A stretch of DNA of 64,000 bases, taken from assembly GCA_946405205.1 (NCBI GenBank), contig CAMJGL010000005.1, positions 33,013-97,012 of the forward strand, in the 5' to 3' direction. The stretch is from an uncultured Clostridia bacterium. Lineage in GTDB: Bacteria > Bacillota > Clostridia > Oscillospirales > Oscillospiraceae. The notes under the pieces were generated by a model. That model did not search any database, was not told the origin of the DNA, and saw only the letters and a list, made by a program, of their open reading frames with translations. Position numbers and translations under genes: made by a program. Of the stretch, positions 56,901-64,000 are shown one piece after another (positions within the stretch are counted from its first letter, which is position 1; every line of letters begins with the position of its first letter).

Positions 56901-58196
56901 AGCCGCCTCTTCAGGCGCTTCCTCAACCGCTGTTTCGATGACCAGCTTGGTGGCCTTTTCTTTCTTGAACTCGTTTCTGATGTACTCGTCGCCGAAGTAC
57001 TTGCGGATCTGCTCGGGAGTCGCGCCGACAGTCTCTGCCGCGCCCTTGATGTAATCCTCAAGCTCCTCGTCGGTGACTTCGATGTTCTCCGCCTCGACGA
57101 TAGCGGTGAGAAGCAGCTCCTGCTTGACCTGATACTCAGCCGCGGGACGGATGGTGCTGTTGATGGCTTCCTCGTCCAGACCCATCATCTTGCTGATCTC
57201 CTCGGTGGTCATCTTGGGGTCTGTGAGACCGAAGTTTGCGGCATAGCTGTGGATGAGCTCGTCTATCTTCGCCTGCATCATGGTCTCGGGGATCTCAACG
57301 GTCATATTCTCGCAGGCCTTGGTCATGATAGCGGTGCGGAACTTGGCATCCATCTGCTCCTGCATGACTCTTTCCATATCCTTGCGGGTATCTTCCCTGT
57401 ACTCCTCAACGGTGTTGAACTCGGATACGTCCTGAACGAAATCATCGTCAAGCTCGGGCAGCTCGGTCATGGAGAGCGCGTTTAGCTTTACCTTGAACAC
57501 AACGTCCTTGCCGGCCAGCTCTTCGGTGTAATCCTCGGGGAAGGTGATGTTGATATCCTTCTCTTCGCCGATGTTCATGCCGACGATCTGCTCCTCGAAG
57601 CCGGGGACAAAGGTGTGGGATCCAAGCTCAAGCTCGTAGCCCTCGGACTTGCCTCCCTCAAAGGGAACGCCGTCAAGATAGCCGTCAAAGTCGATATCGG
57701 CGGTATCGCCCATCTGAGCTTCGCGCTCAACGTCAACGACGCGGCCGTTGCGCTTGAGTACGCCGTTTATCTGGCCGTCAATGTCCTCGTCGGTGATGAT
57801 GAAGGTCTCCTTAACAGCACTGAGGTTCTTGTACTGGCCAAGAGTTACCTCGGGGTACAGCTCAACATCAAAGGTGAGGGTCAGTATCTTGTCGTCGGAA
57901 AGATCCATATTGGATATCGCAGGCTTGCCGATTATATGAAGTCCGCAGTTATCATAGCCGTAGTCAAATGCATCGGGAACCAGAGAGTCGATCGCATCCT
58001 GATAGAACACCTCGTGGCCGTACATACCCTCAACGACCGCACGGGGAGCCTTGCCCTGTCTGAAGCCGGGGATGGAGATGCTGCCCTTGTTTTTGTTATA
58101 TGCCTTGTTTACCGCAACTTCAAACTCAGCCGCATCGACCTCTACCTGAAAGCTCGCAGTCTTGGAGTCTTTCTTTTCTACATTCTTGACTAACAT
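56895..58196 (-). CDS. tig: trigger factor
   Basis: 433 aa. PGFRQGKAPR ribosome-binding signature, FKBP-like PPIase core, and an acidic C-terminus. Confidence 0.95.
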   Translation of the reverse strand: MLVKNVEKKDSKTASFQVEVDAAEFEVAVNKAYNKNKGSISIPGFRQGKAPRAVVEGMYGHEVFYQDAIDSLVPDAFDYGYDNCGLHIIGKPAISNMDLSDDKILTLTFDVELYPEVTLGQYKNLSAVKETFIITDEDIDGQINGVLKRNGRVVDVEREAQMGDTADIDFDGYLDGVPFEGGKSEGYELELGSHTFVPGFEEQIVGMNIGEEKDINITFPEDYTEELAGKDVVFKVKLNALSMTELPELDDDFVQDVSEFNTVEEYREDTRKDMERVMQEQMDAKFRTAIMTKACENMTVEIPETMMQAKIDELIHSYAANFGLTDPKMTTEEISKMMGLDEEAINSTIRPAAEYQVKQELLLTAIVEAENIEVTDEELEDYIKGAAETVGATPEQIRKYFGDEYIRNEFKKEKATKLVIETAVEEAPEEAAE

Positions 58197-58288
58197 TTAT
58201 ATATTCCTCCTAAAGTTTTTCACGTAGACCAATAAATAATAACAGATAATGCCGTCAAAAGCAATGATTTTCTTTTAATAATGTAATA

Positions 58289-58975
58289 CTATACGATCTT
58301 TTGCGGACGGAACTGGACGTAGTCCGCGGAAACGAGCTGAAACTGCGTACCTCCGAGCATTCCGTTGAAGGCATAAGCGCAGCCGGCACTGTGGATATGC
58401 CCGTAGCAGCAGCGCTTCACCCCGTAGGTTTTAAGCAGCTCCAGTATCTCCGGGCACTCATAGCCCAGATACTTGGGAGGATAGTGAAGAAAGACATACT
58501 TTTCTCCCTCCCCTGCCGATTTAAGCGAAGCTTCCAGCCGCATTATTTCCCTGTTCATGATCTTTTTATCATGAACGTCGTTTTTGCACTCTTCATAAAA
58601 CCAGCCTCTTGTTCCGCAGATAGATGCACCCTCATAGGCGAAGCTGTTGTTATGAAGAACATCAATACTCTCTATCCTGTGCTCCTTGAAGAAATTTTTG
58701 GCTTTTGTGGCCGTCGTCCACCAATAATCATGGTTGCCCTTGAGGATTATCTTTTTACCGGGAAGCCTGTCGATGAACAGAAAATCAGGCAAAGCCTCCT
58801 CAAGCGTCATTCCCCATGTGATATCGCCGCAGATGACCGTCAGGTCGTCATCATGCAGCGGCGCAAAGCCTTCTGAAATTTTTTCAACATAATTCAGCCA
58901 TCTTCCACCGAAAACGTCCATTGGTTTTTCAACTCCCAACGAGAGATGAAGATCGCCGATCGCATATAAAGACAT
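58289..58975 (-). CDS. metallophosphoesterase family protein
   Basis: Starts MSLYAIGDLHLS (58975, GGAGG upstream). GDxH, GDITW, GNHD and GHIH motifs. The longest ORF starts at 59008. Confidence 0.75.
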   Translation of the reverse strand: MSLYAIGDLHLSLGVEKPMDVFGGRWLNYVEKISEGFAPLHDDDLTVICGDITWGMTLEEALPDFLFIDRLPGKKIILKGNHDYWWTTATKAKNFFKEHRIESIDVLHNNSFAYEGASICGTRGWFYEECKNDVHDKKIMNREIMRLEASLKSAGEGEKYVFLHYPPKYLGYECPEILELLKTYGVKRCCYGHIHSAGCAYAFNGMLGGTQFQLVSADYVQFRPQKIV

Positions 58976-59050
58976 GAGTCCTCCGTATAAATCCGCAAAA
59001 ACAGTCAAAGCTATTATTGCCTAAGGGCAATAAACTCTGGAGGTAAAATT

Positions 59051-59233
59051 ATGAGCGATAACAGAATGAGCAGAGATCAGATCACCGGTGTCGGCTGCGA
59101 TGTTTCCAACTGCAAGTACAACACCATAGACTCCAAGTGCTCTGCATCCCACATCGACGTGCAGAACGAGAGAGCGACTACCAAGTCCGAGACCTACTGC
59201 GCTACCTTCTGCCCCCGCGGCTGCTGCGATTAA
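59051..59233 (+). CDS. DUF1540 domain small Cys-rich protein
   Basis: 60 aa. VGCDVSNCKYN...CSASHIDV pattern recalls DUF1540. GGAGG RBS. This is the only plus-strand CDS I accept in the window. Confidence 0.7.
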   Translation: MSDNRMSRDQITGVGCDVSNCKYNTIDSKCSASHIDVQNERATTKSETYCATFCPRGCCD

Positions 59234-59287
59234 GTGCAGAGCTTCACAGAGCTGCGCATAATCGCACGGGGCTCTGCCCCGTACATA

Positions 59288-60769
59288 TCAGCCGAGGAAA
59301 TCTGCAACAGTCTTCCGCATATCCTGCTTTTCGACAACGAGCCTGAAGCGCTGCTCGCGCTTGTCGAGCCCTGCAAGGGGCTTGGGAGCGGCGGTATTTG
59401 TCACCTCGGAAAGCTTTTCGATAAGCTCGGTTCCTGGGGCGTTCGTCTCTTCTCCAAGTGCGGACAGAACGCTGTCGCAGAACTTATAAGGACTTGCCGT
59501 GGATACAACGACAGTCGGTACGCTGCCGCCGTTTTCGGCTCTGTGGTCGAGCATCTTCTTGTATGCGACGGCGGTGTGGGTATCCATTAGATAGCCGTTT
59601 TCCGTATATACTTTTTTAATAACGGCCTTTGTCTCGTCGTCAGTACAGTAGCCGCCCTCAAAGTTTTCCGCAATGACCGCTTTTGTTTTGTCATCGACCT
59701 CGTACCGCCCGTCTTTTGAAAGGCTTCTCATATACCCTGCGACCTGCGTATCGCTTCCGCACACGGAGTAAAGCAGACGCTCAAGGTTACTGGATACAAG
59801 TATATCCATTGACGGCGAAATTGTCGTATGGAAAGTCCTGTTGCGGTCGTATACTCCCGTATCAAAGAAGTCTGCAAGGACATTATTCTCATTAGAAGCG
59901 CAGAGCAGCCTGCCCACGGGCAGTCCCATGTTTTTGGCATACCAGCAGGCGAGAATATTGCCGAAATTGCCGGTCGGGACGGCAAAATCCACTGTATCAC
60001 CGAAGGCGATGTTGCCGGAGTTCACAAAATCGCAGTATGCGGAGAAATAATAGACGATCTGCGGCAGGAGCCTGCCCCAGTTTATTGAGTTGGCCGAGGA
60101 CAAAAACCAGCCCTTGGAGCTGAGTTCTTCCGCGAAGTCCCTGTCGCCGAATATCTTTTTCACGCCGGTCTGGGCGTCGTCGAAGTTGCCGTAAACAGCC
60201 GCTACTCCGACGTTTTTGCCGCACTGGGTTATCATCTGCAGCTTCTGCACGTCAGATACGCCGTTATGGGGATAGAATACAAGTATTTTTGTGTCCTCGA
60301 CATCGGCAAAGCCCTCAAGAGCCGCCTTGCCGGTATCGCCGCTCGTTGCGACAAGGATGCAGACCTTACGGTCTTCCCCGCACTTTTTAAGCGAGGCAGT
60401 AAGCAGATGCGGAAGCATCTGAAGCGCCATATCCTTAAAGGCGCAGGTGGGCCCGTGCCAAAGCTCCAGCACCGCGGTATTTCCGTCCATAAAGTGCATG
60501 GGAGCGATATCAGGATGGTCGAAATTATCCCCGTAGGCCGCGCTCACCATGGCTTTGAGCTCTTCCCCGGAAAATTCGTCGAGGAAAAGCTTCATAATCA
60601 TTGCGGCTCTTTCCCGATAATTCATACCGCAGAGAGCTTTGATATCCTCATCACTGAGCTGCGGCAGAGTCTCCGGCACAAAAAGGCCGCCGTCGGGAGC
60701 AAGGCCGCGTGATATTGCCACGGCTGCAGAAACTTTATAGTTAACATCTCTCGTGCTGAAATACTTCAT
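59288..60769 (-). CDS. thrC: threonine synthase
   Basis: Starts MKYFSTRD (60769, GAGG upstream). PTCAFKD PLP-lysine motif and SGDTGKA. Long-form ThrC. Confidence 0.9.
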   Translation of the reverse strand: MKYFSTRDVNYKVSAAVAISRGLAPDGGLFVPETLPQLSDEDIKALCGMNYRERAAMIMKLFLDEFSGEELKAMVSAAYGDNFDHPDIAPMHFMDGNTAVLELWHGPTCAFKDMALQMLPHLLTASLKKCGEDRKVCILVATSGDTGKAALEGFADVEDTKILVFYPHNGVSDVQKLQMITQCGKNVGVAAVYGNFDDAQTGVKKIFGDRDFAEELSSKGWFLSSANSINWGRLLPQIVYYFSAYCDFVNSGNIAFGDTVDFAVPTGNFGNILACWYAKNMGLPVGRLLCASNENNVLADFFDTGVYDRNRTFHTTISPSMDILVSSNLERLLYSVCGSDTQVAGYMRSLSKDGRYEVDDKTKAVIAENFEGGYCTDDETKAVIKKVYTENGYLMDTHTAVAYKKMLDHRAENGGSVPTVVVSTASPYKFCDSVLSALGEETNAPGTELIEKLSEVTNTAAPKPLAGLDKREQRFRLVVEKQDMRKTVADFLG

Positions 60770-60779
60770 ATTGCTTACC

Positions 60780-61139
60780 TCAAAATGCGTTTTCAATATG
60801 GTTTATCGTAACTTTTCGTGTATCTGTACCCTCCGGCGCATAGACCTCTATAACGTCGAAGCGCGGCTGCATATCGGTCTCGTGCTGCTGAAGCCAAAGC
60901 TGTGCGGCAGCTATCACTCGCTGCTGCTTTGCAGGCGTGACAAACTCTCTCGCATCTCCGTAGCGGTTGTTCTTGCGCAGCTTTACCTCTGCAAAAACTA
61001 TGTAGCCGCGTTTTTGCGCAACGATATCTATCTCTCCCTGCCTGTAGCGGCAGTTTGTGTCGATGATCTTATAACCGTGCAGTCTCAAATAATTTGCCGC
61101 CTTCTTCTCCCCGAAGGCGCCGAGTTCACCCGTGCTCAT
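60780..61139 (-). CDS. yraN: YraN family (UPF0102) predicted endonuclease
   Basis: Starts MSTGELGAFGEKKAANYL (61139, TGATG junction with rnhB). GEIDIVA and FAEVK motifs. Confidence 0.8.
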   Translation of the reverse strand: MSTGELGAFGEKKAANYLRLHGYKIIDTNCRYRQGEIDIVAQKRGYIVFAEVKLRKNNRYGDAREFVTPAKQQRVIAAAQLWLQQHETDMQPRFDVIEVYAPEGTDTRKVTINHIENAF

Positions 61140-61738
61140 CAGTGCATTTTCCTCAAAAAGCTCGGCCTGTGTATCTCGCACGGGCCGTATTCGCGCAGAG
61201 CTTCATAGTGGAGCTTGGTGCCGTAGCCCTTGTGCCGCTCGAAATGATACTCGGGATATTTCTCCGCCATCTCCAGCATATAGCGGTCACGCGTGACCTT
61301 TGCAAGGATCGACGCCGCCGCGATGTCCGCGCATTTTGCGTCGCCCTTTATGACGCAGAGGCTGTTTATTTCTATCGCGCTGCTGCGGTTGCCGTCAATA
61401 AGCGCAAGCTCCGGCTGAGGCTCAAGCTGCGCGATTGCCCGGTTCATGGCCAGCATTGCGGCATTGAGAATATTGAGCTGTTCTATCTCCCCGACCGACG
61501 CGAAGGCTATTCCGAAGCTCACTGCCTTTTCGCAAATCTCGTCATACAGCTTCTCGCGGTTTTTCTCGCTGAGCTTTTTAGAGTCGTTGAGCCCAGCGAT
61601 CTCGGTATTTCGCGGCAGTATCACCGCCGCCGCGCACACAGGCCCCGCCAGTGGGCCGCGTCCCGCCTCATCAACGCCGCATATAAGCGAAATTCCGCTG
61701 TCATATATTTCGTTTTCAAGCTCCCAAAGATCTGTCAT
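61139..61738 (-). CDS. rnhB: ribonuclease HII
   Basis: 199 aa. GVDEAGRGPLAGPV, DSKKLS and the remaining acidic catalytic residues. Confidence 0.9.
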   Translation of the reverse strand: MTDLWELENEIYDSGISLICGVDEAGRGPLAGPVCAAAVILPRNTEIAGLNDSKKLSEKNREKLYDEICEKAVSFGIAFASVGEIEQLNILNAAMLAMNRAIAQLEPQPELALIDGNRSSAIEINSLCVIKGDAKCADIAAASILAKVTRDRYMLEMAEKYPEYHFERHKGYGTKLHYEALREYGPCEIHRPSFLRKMH

Positions 61739-62607
61739 TCAGGTCTCTCCAGACTTATTCTGCCGAGCTTACCGTCATGGTACTCCCCGAGCAGAGTGTT
61801 CGCCATACGCTCGATATCATATTCGCCTTTCGACAAAAGGAAGCCGCGCTTTTTCGCCGCCTCCTCAAGAAGCTCAAAGCCGTTCATATCCTTGTCCGGA
61901 ACAAACTTGTATCTCTCAGTCAAAGCCTCAGGGTACATATCCCGCAGTCGGAGCATGAAATTTGCGCCCAGAGTCTCTTTATCGAGAACATCGGCCTTGA
62001 TTGCGTTGGTTATGGCAAGCATTTCGCCCACTTCCTGAGAATCGAACTTCGGCCAGAGTATGCCCGGAGTGTCGAGAAGATCGAGCCCCTGCTCGATATT
62101 TATCCACTGCTTGCCTCGGGTAACGCCCGGCTTATCCCCGGCAATGGCAACCTTACGCTTGGCCACCTTGTTTATAAACGTTGATTTTCCGACATTGGGT
62201 ATGCCGAGGATCATAACGCGCATAGGACGGTTTATCTGCCCCTTTGCCGCGTAATCGGCGAGCTTATCCTTTAAAAGCTCCTTCAGAGCAGGCACGAAGC
62301 CGTTCACGCCTTTGCCGGTTTTGGCGTCAGTCTCAATTATCCTGATCCCCTGCCGTTCAAAGTACCTGCGCCACTGCGATGTGATCTCGGGATCGGCAAG
62401 GTCAACTCGGTTGAGGATTATCAGACGCGGTTTTCCGGCGGCGAGACGGTCGATATCTGGATTGCGGCTCGAGCGCGGGATGCGGGCGTCCAGTATCTCG
62501 CATACGGCGTCGACCTGCTTAATACTGTCCTCGATCATGCGCTGAGCCTTCGTCATGTGGCCGGGAAACCACTGGATATTCATTTTTTCGTAGTTATTGC
62601 CGCTCAT
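61735..62607 (-). CDS. rbgA: ribosome biogenesis GTPase A (YlqF/RbgA)
   Basis: IQWFPGHM motif and permuted GTPase (NRVDL ... GIPNVGKST). Start at 62607 (GGAG upstream) or 62583. The longest ORF reaches 62640. Confidence 0.9.
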   Translation of the reverse strand: MSGNNYEKMNIQWFPGHMTKAQRMIEDSIKQVDAVCEILDARIPRSSRNPDIDRLAAGKPRLIILNRVDLADPEITSQWRRYFERQGIRIIETDAKTGKGVNGFVPALKELLKDKLADYAAKGQINRPMRVMILGIPNVGKSTFINKVAKRKVAIAGDKPGVTRGKQWINIEQGLDLLDTPGILWPKFDSQEVGEMLAITNAIKADVLDKETLGANFMLRLRDMYPEALTERYKFVPDKDMNGFELLEEAAKKRGFLLSKGEYDIERMANTLLGEYHDGKLGRISLERPE

Positions 62608-62608
62608 T

Positions 62609-63190
62609 TCAGTCTCCGTAGGGGCTTCCGATATGGTCAAGCGGGAACACCGTAAACAAGACCTTGCCTATGATGAGCCTCTCATCCACCATGCCGATGC
62701 GGGAATCGCGGCTGTCGGCAGATTCATTGCGGTTATCGCCCATGACGAACACACAGCCCTCAGGAACCACCTGGACACCTGTAAAATCGATTTGATTTAT
62801 TGTCGGTTCCGCAATATACGGCTCGTCCAGAAGCACGCCGTCGACATATACCCTGCCCTTGTTAAAATCTATCTCAACGGTCTGCCCCTCGGTCGCTATG
62901 ACTCGCTTTACAAGAGCCTGGGGCTTATATTCATCCTTGCGGAAGATGACGATATCTCCCTGCTTTGGCTTATAAAAAAGGTCTGATACGAGCATTTTAT
63001 CCGCGTTTTCAAGCGTAGGATTCATGGAATCTCCAACGACATCGACAAGTCTGAAGAAAAATACAAATACAATTACGCAGAATATAAGCGCAAACACAAG
63101 ACACTGTATCCACTCATAGACCTCTCCGCGTGTGCTTTTCACAACTGCGTCTGCGGCTTTTTTCTTATTCTTGATATCAGATTTTTTCAT
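62609..63190 (-). CDS. lepB: signal peptidase I
   Basis: Starts MKKSDIKNKKK (63190, GAGG upstream). TM helix, GDSMNPT catalytic Ser box, and GDNRNESADSR box E. Confidence 0.85.
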   Translation of the reverse strand: MKKSDIKNKKKAADAVVKSTRGEVYEWIQCLVFALIFCVIVFVFFFRLVDVVGDSMNPTLENADKMLVSDLFYKPKQGDIVIFRKDEYKPQALVKRVIATEGQTVEIDFNKGRVYVDGVLLDEPYIAEPTINQIDFTGVQVVPEGCVFVMGDNRNESADSRDSRIGMVDERLIIGKVLFTVFPLDHIGSPYGD

Positions 63191-63232
63191 TATTCTACCT
63201 CTTGGCACATAACGTACATAGCTTATCTGTAT

Positions 63233-63262
63233 ATTATACACGATAACACCGCGTTTAGGCAA
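63233..63262 (-). promoter_or_regulatory. sigma-A type promoter for lepB-rbgA-rnhB-yraN-thrC
   Basis: TTGCCT (63262-63257), 18 nt, TATAAT (63238-63233), immediately after the rplS terminator. Confidence 0.45.
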
Positions 63263-63263
63263 C

Positions 63264-63291
63264 AAAAAAAGAGGCCAAGGCCTCTTTTTTT
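63264..63291. terminator. intrinsic terminator after rplS
   Basis: AAAAAAAGAGGCC-AA-GGCCTCTTTTTTT, a symmetric hairpin with flanking A- and T-runs. Confidence 0.75.
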
Positions 63292-63313
63292 GATCCATTT
63301 ACAGGTCGGGCGA

Positions 63314-63655
63314 TTACAGACGCTCCTTGACCTTTGCACTCTTGCCGACGCGCTCGCGCAGGTAGTACAGCTTTGCTCTGCGGACCTTGCCGCGGCGGAC
63401 TGTCTCCACGGAGACGATGGAGGGAGAGTGTACGGGGAAGACCTTCTCGCAGCCTACGCCGTAGGAGATGCGGCGGACGGTGATGGTCTCATTGATGCCG
63501 CCGTGCTTCTTGGCGATAATGGTGCCTTCGAAAGCCTGGTTGCGCTCGCGGCTGCCTTCCTTTACGCGGACGGTGATACGCACGGTATCGCCGACGTTCA
63601 GCGCGGGCAGCTCGGGCTTCATGTACTGTTCGCTGAGAATTTTGATCAGATCCAT
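63314..63655 (-). CDS. rplS: 50S ribosomal protein L19
   Basis: 113 aa. [32 protein letters not shown] is highly L19-like. Confidence 0.95.
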   Translation of the reverse strand: MDLIKILSEQYMKPELPALNVGDTVRITVRVKEGSRERNQAFEGTIIAKKHGGINETITVRRISYGVGCEKVFPVHSPSIVSVETVRRGKVRRAKLYYLRERVGKSAKVKERL

Positions 63656-63792
63656 AGTCTAATCCTTCCTTTTCTTAAGGCGTTCATGCCGGAGGACTCC
63701 CTTTGGTCTCGGCAGCGGACCGCTTGATAGCTTGGGCCTGAGCCGCAAGCCATGATATGATATCACATAAATCCTTGCATTGCAAGCACTTT

Positions 63793-63993
63793 TTATCGGA
63801 AAACTTCCATATTTTCGTCATAAATCTCAAGTCTTCTGAACTTTGCAAAATCCGGTGCTATATCCGGGCAAAGCTGGAGGAGTGCGTCTGCGATAAGCTC
63901 GGGGTTGAGAGTAGGCTCCTGAGCCGAGATAACGGCGTCAAGGCGCACGTCGTTACCCTCCTGTGCAAACTTTATCTCCTTTATGGCAGGCAT
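63793..63993 (-). CDS. hypothetical 66-aa protein (no family recognised)
   Basis: Complete ORF MPAIKEIKFAQEGNDV...EIYDENMEVFR with GGAGA 4 nt upstream of the ATG. Codon usage is similar to neighbouring genes. No motif recognised. Confidence 0.4.
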   Translation of the reverse strand: MPAIKEIKFAQEGNDVRLDAVISAQEPTLNPELIADALLQLCPDIAPDFAKFRRLEIYDENMEVFR

Positions 63994-64000
63994 TATCTCC

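Noticed and set aside
59222-59287. Convergent spacer between DUF1540 and thrC, examined for a small RNA or toxin-like ORF.
   Set aside because: It is only 54 nt and contains one short GC hairpin (ACGGGGC-TCT-GCCCCGT) that serves as a shared terminator. There is no open frame or promoter-like sequence.

Overview
This window looks like a compact core-chromosome segment of a spore-forming Clostridia-type Firmicute, possibly Oscillospiraceae/Ruminococcaceae-like; that taxon guess is inference from gene content and about 50-55% GC. I call about 72 protein genes, and all but one are on the minus strand. The plus strand carries only RNase P RNA (rnpB) and a 60-aa DUF1540 gene.

Gene content, in window order:
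- murD (5' part), rnpB, then pepD, an ArsC-like gene, an M19 dipeptidase and rnj.
- recR and rpe.
- A Tyr T-box operon: C_GCAxxG_C_C protein, tyrS, ybaK-like deacylase.
- recN, argR, nadK, tlyA, dxs, ispA, xseBA, nusB, asp23.
- The full spoIIIAA-AH operon, preceded by a SPOCS/LysM (SipL/SpoVID-like) gene.
- rsgA, prkC, stp, rlmN, rsmB, fmt, def, priA.
- rpoZ, gmk, remA, yicC, an rseC-like gene, cdaR, cdaA.
- A DUF3343 / class-V desulfurase pair.
- ispF, ispD, carD, an ispH-S1 fusion, cmk.
- A flavoprotein, rpiR, rluB, dac, ytfJ/ytfI, scpBA, an M50 protease, engB, lon, clpX, clpP, tig.
- thrC, yraN, rnhB, rbgA, lepB, rplS.

I saw no transposases, integrases, CRISPR arrays, tRNA/rRNA genes, prophage genes or recognisable defence genes. 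I did not find a convincing new multi-gene system, so this is an ordinary housekeeping and sporulation region.

The best leads are modest:
- cdaA-cdaR is followed by an orphan RseC-like protein where Bacillus has glmM.
- SpoIIIAG is unusually short and appears to lack the beta-triangle insertion.
- The Tyr T-box operon opens with a redox-family protein and ends with a YbaK-type deacylase.
- The SPOCS-LysM gene is fused to the front of spoIIIA.
- Several unexplained RNA hairpins and palindromes lie in intergenic regions.

All family assignments come from motif recognition by eye. No database search was run.
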